DNA of 64,000 nt, from positions 15,865 to 79,864 of the forward strand of contig JBAYWF010000005.1 of NCBI GenBank assembly GCA_041674205.1, written 5' to 3'. The stretch's first letter is position 1; each line of letters starts with the position of its first letter. Under the pieces are notes generated by a model. It was given only the letters and a program-made list of their open reading frames with translations. It ran no database searches and had not been told where the DNA came from. The translations under genes and the position numbers were made by a program. The stretch comes from Parcubacteria group bacterium (GTDB lineage: Bacteria > Patescibacteriota > Minisyncoccia > Moranbacterales > UBA2206). This document shows positions 57,512 through 64,000 of this stretch, piece after piece.

Positions 57512-57976
57512 CTATACCCTTCTTGGTTTTTTCGATCGGCATCCATTATGGGGAATCGGGGTGATATCCTTTATCAGTAACAATTCGAATCCGTTGTTAG
57601 CCAAGGCCCTGATCGACGCCTCCCGGCCGCTTCCTACGCCTTTGACGAAAACTTCCAATTCTTGCAATCCGTATTTCTTGACTTTCTCCGAAACGCTGGC
57701 TACGACCTGGGTAGCAGCATAGGGGGTGGCTTTCTTTGCCCCTTTGAATCCCATCATCCCGGATGACGCCCAGCCTAAAATAGATCCGTTGCTATCCGCG
57801 ATGCTGACGATGGTGTTATTGTAGGTGCATTTGACAGTCGCCCTTCCTTTAGCGATTTGCCTCTTCGCTTTCTTCACTTTCTTTTTCGCATCAGAAGCGT
57901 CTTCGGCCTTTATCCCGGCTGAAGCCGCCACTGGCTCAATCGCCTTTTCTTCAATTGTAACTTTTTCTTCGGTCAT
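57512..57976 (-). CDS. rpsK: 30S ribosomal protein S11 (with N-terminal extension)
   Basis: ATVKCTYNNTIVSIADSNGSILGWASSGMMGFKGAKKATPYAA...GREASIRAL. Track TTG at 57985; ATG at 57976. Confidence 0.93.
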   Translation of the reverse strand: MTEEKVTIEEKAIEPVAASAGIKAEDASDAKKKVKKAKRQIAKGRATVKCTYNNTIVSIADSNGSILGWASSGMMGFKGAKKATPYAATQVVASVSEKVKKYGLQELEVFVKGVGSGREASIRALANNGFELLLIKDITPIPHNGCRSKKPRRV

Positions 57977-58064
57977 AATATTCAAATTAACCCTAATGTT
58001 TAAAAAAGCTTATACGGTTTTTTATTTCGCATCATTATGCGCGACCGTCAGCATCCTTTAGGCT

Positions 58065-58451
58065 CTAAGTCTTTTCAGTTTTGACCCTACCGCTGCCCAT
58101 TGTCCTTCGCACGTTGCCACGCACAGTCCGATTATTCGTCTTGGTCCTTTGTCCGCGAACCGGCAAACCTCGCTGATGCCTGATTCCGCGATAACATCCG
58201 ACTTCCTTCAGCCGCTTGATATTAGTCCTGACTTCATGCTTCAATTCACCTTCGACCCGGACCGTTTTTTCAACATAATCCCGGATCCTATTGCCATCCG
58301 CCTCTGATAAATCTTTCGTCCTTACTTGCTTGGATATTTCAAGCGTTTCCAAAATTTTAGCCGCCAAACTGGGCCCTATCCCATAAATATAGGTCAGGGA
58401 AATTTCAATCCTCTTTTCATCGGGTATATTTACTCCGGAAATTCTTAACAT
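58065..58451 (-). CDS. rpsM: 30S ribosomal protein S13
   Basis: MLRISGVNIPDEKRIEISLTYIYGIGPSLAAKIL...RGLPVRGQRTKTNNRT. Confidence 0.95.
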   Translation of the reverse strand: MLRISGVNIPDEKRIEISLTYIYGIGPSLAAKILETLEISKQVRTKDLSEADGNRIRDYVEKTVRVEGELKHEVRTNIKRLKEVGCYRGIRHQRGLPVRGQRTKTNNRTVRGNVRRTMGSGRVKTEKT

Positions 58452-58585
58452 AATGTTATAAGACTCTAATTTACGCTAATTAACACCGACTATCTCCAAT
58501 ATATCCATCTGGATAATGCGCGACCTTTGCCCGCTTAGGCAGGCCAGCCATGAAAAATCCAGGCTTGATCCGCAATCAACATCGC

Positions 58586-58699
58586 CTAACCTTGCCTTTG
58601 TTTGTGCTTAGGGGTGATGCAAATAACGAAAAGGACTCCCTTCCTTTTGACAAATTTGCATTTATCACAAATTTTTTTAACTGATGCTCGTACTTTCAT
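58586..58699 (-). CDS. rpmJ: 50S ribosomal protein L36
   Basis: Hand translation gives [37 protein letters not shown] (37 aa). Lies between infA and rpsM as expected. Absent from the track because it is under 60 aa. Confidence 0.85.
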   Translation of the reverse strand: MKVRASVKKICDKCKFVKRKGVLFVICITPKHKQRQG

Positions 58700-58700
58700 A

Positions 58701-58922
58701 TTATTTTAATCGTTGAGTTATCCTACCTTTAGTTAAATCATATGGGCTCATCTCGATAAGGACCCTGTCTCCTGGAAGCAGACGGATGTAATTCACCCGC
58801 ATCCTGCCTGAAATATGCGCCAATACGACATGCCCATTATCCAATTTGACTTTGAATGTCGTGCTGGGCAGGGTTTCCTCGACGACACCCTCTAATTTAA
58901 CTAACTCTTTATTATTTGACAT
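58701..58922 (-). CDS. infA: translation initiation factor IF-1
   Basis: [60 protein letters not shown]. Confidence 0.95.
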   Translation of the reverse strand: MSNNKELVKLEGVVEETLPSTTFKVKLDNGHVVLAHISGRMRVNYIRLLPGDRVLIEMSPYDLTKGRITQRLK

Positions 58923-59109
58923 ATCTTATAATATTTGCCGCTTGTCGGCAAGCTGGAAACACAAACAAAAAAAATAGACGGAGATTTCCCTGCGACAAAA
59001 AAAATTGTCTCAGGAATAAAAATCAATCCTAGTTCATGCTCTTTTTCTTCCCTCTATTTTAAACTTATTTACGTTTTTTCCGGTGTCTTAAACTATATTA
59101 ACGAGATAT

Positions 59110-61098
59110 TCAATTCTTGTCAAGCGATATATCGACCTGCCGTTCATAACTGGGGATTTTGCCGGATATGAAAGACGGCCAATAGCTGACTTCTACCCTT
59201 TCAATATCGGAATATGCGCTTAAATAAGGCCTCAATTCATCCTCGCTTTTCCCTAGGACATCCTGTTTCAATTTCACCAAATCAATATCCGGCACGATAT
59301 TACCTTTGCCGTGGACCCGGATAATTATCGTACCGTCTTTGATATTCGCATCAGCTTTTCCAAATTCCAAATCAATAGAGTCTTCCGCCACAGCCATATC
59401 TTCCTCGCCCTTCTTTGCCAGCAAACCGGCGATTATGCTTTTGATGTCTTTCTCCTTAAAAACTATCGCGCTCGCTTTCATCTTGACCGTTATCGAAAAA
59501 CTGTCCGCGATATCCCCTGGTGATTTGGAAAGCATATATGACGATTCATCGATACTCACGGCATCATCCAATAAAATATATCCGTCACCAGCCGCTTCCT
59601 TCAATTTCTGATCCATCAACGGACGCAATTCCTGGGCAACCTTGGTTTTTGCCGAATTGATATCGGCATCCGTAATAGCTTTTACGGTCTGATTGCCTTG
59701 TCCGCCACCGGTCATCGCCTTGAATGACTTGGCATAGATTTTAGTATATTTCTCATTACCACTGCTCTGGAAACCGGGAATTGAAAAAGAGGTCGCCCCG
59801 ATATTATATCCGTCGCCCGACTCATCCGCGATAACCTCAGCCTCAATGGCACCTGGCTTGGTTTCCGTTCCTACTTTTTCCATCCCTGGCACCGTAACCC
59901 CGCTGACCAATCTGAATATTTTCTTATCGGTACTTTCAAATCTCGTAGTAGCCACCAACGGTTGCGGACTGGAACTGAACTCATTATAAATCGTAATCGT
60001 ACCGCGCGCTTTCTGGCTGGATGAATTTTTCGTGCCGCTCGTATCATACTCCCGGGAAATATCGCTGGAAACCGCAACCACCTTCGCCGGGATAATCTCC
60101 TTTTCCAAATCGACCGCGCCCGCGGTTATATTGCCATCTATCTGCGAATCAATCGTCTGGGTCTTGTTTTTTGTAAAAATCAATATCGATGCCTTAGGCA
60201 AAAAAACATATGCAGCCGCGCCAGAAATTATGATCGCAACGATAAGGACGACCGCGAAAAAATATTTCCAGACGCCCGTGCTTACGTTTATGCTTTTATA
60301 CTCGTCCTGGTTACCCATCTTCTGACGCTCAAAAAAACTGTCGGCTTTTTTCATTCTTGATTCATCCGGCAGCGGATTTTCAATAAATTCAGGCATTCCT
60401 TCCCGCTTAAATGGATTTTGCGGATTTTTGACTGCGGATTTTTTTACCGGTCGTATGAAATCATCATCTGCCGCCTCGCTTTCTTCGATAATTTCAACAT
60501 TCCGGATCATATCCATCGGCGCGTATCCCCCTCGCTTGGCTGTGTTTTTTTGAAAGGATGGCTGTTGTTTTTTCAAGTCATCCCCCATATCAACCACCAG
60601 CTCCTTATTCGTGATCCGCTCGCCATTTTCATCTTCCGTCCGTACCGGATTTTCCCCAACCAGATAAGCTTCCCTACCCAGCACATCGCTGATTTCCTCG
60701 GCTTGGTAGTAGCCATCCGAACCGATCTTATCTATCCGTTTCCTCTTTCCCGCATCACCGGCATCCGCTTGGCCCGCGTTGAGATCGATCTTGAATCCAT
60801 CCTCCAGCTCCTCTTCCACTTCGACTATCTCTTGGCCTTCAATATCATCCAGCTTCTGCTCGACCGCTATCCCAGCCTTTTCAATCAGCATCTTGCCAAA
60901 TTTATCCTGCGTCACGATAATAAGATCCTTCCGAATACTATCAGCCTCTTTTTTAAGTAATTTTAAATTTATGATGCTTTGGATAAGAATCGCTCTTTTT
61001 GGCACGACAACAACGACCTCTTTGGCTTTGGCCTTCCTCAGCCGGTCCACTATGGAGGTTATTTCTTCGTCTATATCGATATAGAATGTCTGATGCAC
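59110..61098 (-). CDS. hypothetical bitopic membrane protein (662 aa)
   Basis: GTG start 33 nt after the ftsA stop. ~290 aa cytoplasmic N-region (FYIDIDEEITSIVDRLRKAKAKEVVVVVPKRA...), one TM helix (WKYFFAVVLIVAIIISGAAAYVFL) and a ~350 aa extracytoplasmic domain. No family. Confidence 0.5.
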   Translation of the reverse strand: MHQTFYIDIDEEITSIVDRLRKAKAKEVVVVVPKRAILIQSIINLKLLKKEADSIRKDLIIVTQDKFGKMLIEKAGIAVEQKLDDIEGQEIVEVEEELEDGFKIDLNAGQADAGDAGKRKRIDKIGSDGYYQAEEISDVLGREAYLVGENPVRTEDENGERITNKELVVDMGDDLKKQQPSFQKNTAKRGGYAPMDMIRNVEIIEESEAADDDFIRPVKKSAVKNPQNPFKREGMPEFIENPLPDESRMKKADSFFERQKMGNQDEYKSINVSTGVWKYFFAVVLIVAIIISGAAAYVFLPKASILIFTKNKTQTIDSQIDGNITAGAVDLEKEIIPAKVVAVSSDISREYDTSGTKNSSSQKARGTITIYNEFSSSPQPLVATTRFESTDKKIFRLVSGVTVPGMEKVGTETKPGAIEAEVIADESGDGYNIGATSFSIPGFQSSGNEKYTKIYAKSFKAMTGGGQGNQTVKAITDADINSAKTKVAQELRPLMDQKLKEAAGDGYILLDDAVSIDESSYMLSKSPGDIADSFSITVKMKASAIVFKEKDIKSIIAGLLAKKGEEDMAVAEDSIDLEFGKADANIKDGTIIIRVHGKGNIVPDIDLVKLKQDVLGKSEDELRPYLSAYSDIERVEVSYWPSFISGKIPSYERQVDISLDKN

Positions 61099-61131
61099 CT
61101 GATTAAAATTTACAACTTAAAATTTAAAATT

Positions 61132-62400
61132 CTATTTCTGTATCATCTTGACTGCCCGGCGCAATATTCCTGCCATCACCTTTTCTTCACCTGCCAGATC
61201 CAGCGCCAAATTGGCCAATCCCATCGGCGTTATATCCTGCGGATCCCTCAGCTCGCCTGTCGCGTCCGTTATATTGACCACATCCTTCGGCTGCAAAAAG
61301 CTGACTTGTGGCATCTTAGCAAACGGCAAATTTTTTGTCCACTTGGAATTAAGCAGAGCCCTCTTGATTCCCGGCAAACCGGAGCCGCCGCCGCATAGGA
61401 AAAACTTGGATGGCAAGGTGTCCGATTCGGCGAATTCCGCCAGCGACAATTCGACTCCCGACAACCAGACGCTGCAATCATCCTCCAACATCTTTTCAAC
61501 TTTTTGAGACACATCCTTGCCAAGCCGCCCCTCGGCGTATTTTATTTTCAAAATTTCAGCTTCCTCGAAAGTGATTCCCAACTCCTGGCCCAATCTTTTC
61601 GTAAAAGCGCGGCCGCCCAAGGCGAACATCTTCGTGCCTTCCAACCCGCCGTTGCGCACGACCGCGATATCGGTCGTGCCGCCGCCGATATCGATGAATA
61701 TGGCATTGAAATCCAACACATCCTCGATTCCCATCGAACGCGCTACCGCGTACGGCTCCGCTGCGATACTCAGCAGGTCCAACCTAAGTTCTTCCGCGAT
61801 GGCCTGCAACGCCCCCAGATGCACCATCGGCGCGTAGGCATTGAAAACCGAAATGGAAACGTCCCGCCCTTGGAATCCGACCGGATTGGTCACTCGATAG
61901 CCGTCGATGCGCACGTCCACGATCGCCGCGTTTATGAGCTTCACTTCAATTTCACTGTGCCCGGTTTCCCAAGCCAATTGTTGCCTGATACGATCAAAAG
62001 CTTTCCATTGGACTTTCTGGATAATATTTTTCAATTCTGGCAGATCAATCCTGATTTCCGGCTTAATCCTTTCGTAATGCACCGTCGTAGTCGTGCCTTT
62101 CACCAGCTCTCCGGCAATACCCATTATGGCCTTCTCGACCTTTTTGGTGCCCGCCATCTGTTTAGCCAAGCCGATAGCCTTCTTGGAATTTTCAATCACT
62201 CCCGCGATATCCGAAACCGCCCCGCTTTGCATATCGCCCAACCTTTGCCGGGCGCGCCCGACGCCAGCCACCACGCCATTGCCAGTTTCCGGATCGATCT
62301 TAAATACTAAAGCTTTCACCACTTCGGTCCCGATATCTAAAGACAATATGAAGTCCGTCGTCACTCCGCGCGAACCTAAAATTTTAGAAAAAATTCCCAT
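61132..62400 (-). CDS. ftsA: cell division protein FtsA (actin-like ATPase)
   Basis: LSLDIGTEVVKALV phosphate-1, FIDIGGGTTDIAVV phosphate-2 and FLCGGGSGLPGI adenosine motif. 422 aa. Confidence 0.8.
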   Translation of the reverse strand: MGIFSKILGSRGVTTDFILSLDIGTEVVKALVFKIDPETGNGVVAGVGRARQRLGDMQSGAVSDIAGVIENSKKAIGLAKQMAGTKKVEKAIMGIAGELVKGTTTTVHYERIKPEIRIDLPELKNIIQKVQWKAFDRIRQQLAWETGHSEIEVKLINAAIVDVRIDGYRVTNPVGFQGRDVSISVFNAYAPMVHLGALQAIAEELRLDLLSIAAEPYAVARSMGIEDVLDFNAIFIDIGGGTTDIAVVRNGGLEGTKMFALGGRAFTKRLGQELGITFEEAEILKIKYAEGRLGKDVSQKVEKMLEDDCSVWLSGVELSLAEFAESDTLPSKFFLCGGGSGLPGIKRALLNSKWTKNLPFAKMPQVSFLQPKDVVNITDATGELRDPQDITPMGLANLALDLAGEEKVMAGILRRAVKMIQK

Positions 62401-62462
62401 TTGATAAAATCTGTTTTTTTATTTTTATTTGGATAGTCTAATTATAAAACAAAAGGGGGTGT

Positions 62463-62490
62463 TTGACAAACGGAACGGAGTTGCTATAAT
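62463..62490 (+). promoter_or_regulatory. sigma70-type promoter TTGACA-N16-TATAAT for the fabZ-like gene
   Basis: Perfect -35 and -10 hexamers, then a GGGGaccaCCCC hairpin in the leader and an AGGAG SD. Confidence 0.5.
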
Positions 62491-62556
62491 TTACTATTCT
62501 TTAAAAATAAACGGGGACCACCCCATCACAAACCAAAAACAAGAGGAGTAGACAAT

Positions 62557-63024
62557 ATGGAAAAAGAAAGCAGCCGCATATGGCTGGACGAGGAGCGGCT
62601 GAAATATTACTTGCCGCACCGCGACTTGGCACTAGCCATAGACAACGCCATTTACGATCTCGAAATTAGGGATCGACTGACAGCCACCAAAAAATTCGGG
62701 AAGAATGACCCTTATTTTATAGGCCACTTCCCCGGAAATCCGGTCCTGCCAGGGCATTGGCAACTGGAATTAATCTGTTTGGTCGGCGCCGTTCTGTGCG
62801 GATTGATGTTTCCCGCACAAAAGGGTTATCCGACCTTGACCGGATTTGACGGTATGAGATTGAGACGTCCCATAAGGCCGGATGACGTCATTGAAATAAA
62901 AGTGGCTTTTCTCCGGCAGGAAATCATCCACAGGAATATCCATTATTTCCTGTCGGGAGCGATTTTCCTCGGGAGGAAAAAAGCTTCCAGTGTCGAGGAA
63001 ATCCATGGGGTGTTGGTCACGTAA
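62557..63024 (+). CDS. FabZ/FabA-like hotdog-fold dehydratase
   Basis: LPHRDLALAIDNAI...NDPYFIGHFPGNPVLPGHWQLELICLVGA matches the FabZ active-site region (His in GHFPGNPV). Confidence 0.65.
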   Translation: MEKESSRIWLDEERLKYYLPHRDLALAIDNAIYDLEIRDRLTATKKFGKNDPYFIGHFPGNPVLPGHWQLELICLVGAVLCGLMFPAQKGYPTLTGFDGMRLRRPIRPDDVIEIKVAFLRQEIIHRNIHYFLSGAIFLGRKKASSVEEIHGVLVT

Positions 63025-63101
63025 ACACCCCGGATACGGATACAAAAAATGCTTGGAACGGAAAATCGTTCCAAGCATTTTTAATTTTTTCCGAATAACC
63101 T

Positions 63102-64000
63102 TTATTCCAATATCGCCTTAATCCTGCGCACGCCGGCGCTCGACGCCTCTTCTTTTTTGATCTTGAAACGGCCGAGCTCGGACAAATTCCGCACATGCGG
63201 ACCGCCGCACAGCTCGATACTGAAATCGCCGATTTTGTAGACTTTCACGATGTCGCCATATTTGACTGGATCAAAAGAAACCTTGGCAATTTTCAAAGCC
63301 TCATCTTTGGACATTTCCGTCATTTCCACCGGAATCCCCGCTTGGATTTTTTGATTGACCAAGTCTTCCACCTCCTTCAATTTTTCCGGAGAAACTTTTT
63401 CCGGATAATTGAAATCGAAACGCAACCTTTCCGCCGTAATATTACTGCCTTTCTGATAGGTTTCCGGCCCCAGAATTTCCCGCAACGCCGCTAATAATAA
63501 ATGGGTCGCTGTGTGATATTTGGTTTCCATTTCACCCGCACCTTGCAAGCCGCCCTTGAACGCGCCGGCCGAAGCGGTACGGGAAAGGTCTTGGTGTTTT
63601 TTGAACTCCGCTTCAAATTCTTTTTTATCAACCGCTATGCCTTTTTCCTTGGCCAATTCTTCGGTCATCTCCAATGGAAAACCATATGATTGATACAGAT
63701 TGAAAGCTTCAGCCGCCGTAACCGCAAAAAGTTTATTGAATTCTTTCAATCCTTTTTCCAAAGTCTGCCTGAATTTATTTTCCTCTTTCTCCAATTCCTC
63801 AACAATCCTGCTTTCATTATTTTTCAATTCAGGATAAAACCCTTCGAATTCCTCCACTACGGCATATGCCAAATTTTTCGTAAAATTCGCGTTGATACCG
63901 AGTAATTTTCCATGCCGTATCATACGGCGAACTAAGCGGCGCAAAACATAACCGCGCCCGACATTGCTCGGTTCAACCCCGTCAGAAATTATAAAAACGC
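63102..64000 (-). CDS. alaS: alanine--tRNA ligase, C-terminal part (5' end beyond window)
   Basis: Reading frame continues past the track TTG at 63944 to the window edge, encoding ...GRGYVLRRLVRRMIRHG. Editing-domain motifs HTATHLL and CGGPHV. Confidence 0.85.
   Translation of the reverse strand, partial: VFIISDGVEPSNVGRGYVLRRLVRRMIRHGKLLGINANFTKNLAYAVVEEFEGFYPELKNNESRIVEELEKEENKFRQTLEKGLKEFNKLFAVTAAEAFNLYQSYGFPLEMTEELAKEKGIAVDKKEFEAEFKKHQDLSRTASAGAFKGGLQGAGEMETKYHTATHLLLAALREILGPETYQKGSNITAERLRFDFNYPEKVSPEKLKEVEDLVNQKIQAGIPVEMTEMSKDEALKIAKVSFDPVKYGDIVKVYKIGDFSIELCGGPHVRNLSELGRFKIKKEEASSAGVRRIKAILE

Overview
The window looks like a small-genome, CPR/Patescibacteria-like bacterium. This is inference from AT-rich AAATTT/TAAAATT intergenic repeats, many TTG/GTG track starts, lysine-rich extensions on ribosomal proteins, and a rubrerythrin/ferredoxin pair. 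Content in order: (1) A ~20 kb cell-envelope glycan locus, mostly on the minus strand. It holds two GT-C-type polytopic membrane proteins, a DUF4012-like anchored protein, GT4/GT2 glycosyltransferases, galU, glyA and a Wzz-like co-polymerase. It also holds a dTDP-sugar set (rmlA, rmlB, rmlD-like) plus an FdtA-like 3,4-ketoisomerase, with no rmlC seen. (2) A surface-protein module: Ala-rich and Gln/Gly-rich secreted proteins, a sortase whose linker carries Asp-rich Ca-binding-type motifs, and an LPATG-anchored SQ-repeat substrate. A catalytically dead HtrA/PDZ paralog follows. (3) An htrA-clpB stress operon, ferredoxin, PrsA-like PPIase, FtsB-like protein, rubrerythrin, DnaQ-like exonuclease, GIY-YIG protein, a MazG/HisE-like pair, RibD_C and PgeF. 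(4) A small accessory locus at 38.1-40.5 kb with Zn-ribbon and basic mini-ORFs, twin GGGCGGAT palindromic terminators, a duplicated 40-bp gene fragment (pseudogene remnant) and a four-helix-bundle (23S-IVS-type) protein. (5) hrcA-grpE-dnaK with a CIRCE operator, and a plus-strand mini-gene embedded antisense between grpE and dnaK. (6) Two Cys-rich mini-genes, yidD, a CorA whose GMN motif reads AMS, cysS with a coupled His/Cys-rich mini-protein, dus, dnaB and recR. (7) rplU, a PEGA/beta-propeller protein, the ribosomal/rpoA cluster (rpsI-rplM, rplQ-rpoA-rpsD-rpsK-rpsM-rpmJ-infA), ftsA plus an unknown 662-aa bitopic protein, a FabZ-like hotdog and the 3' part of alaS. No rRNA, tRNA or CRISPR array was detected. 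Hand-derived coordinates may be off by 1-2 nt.
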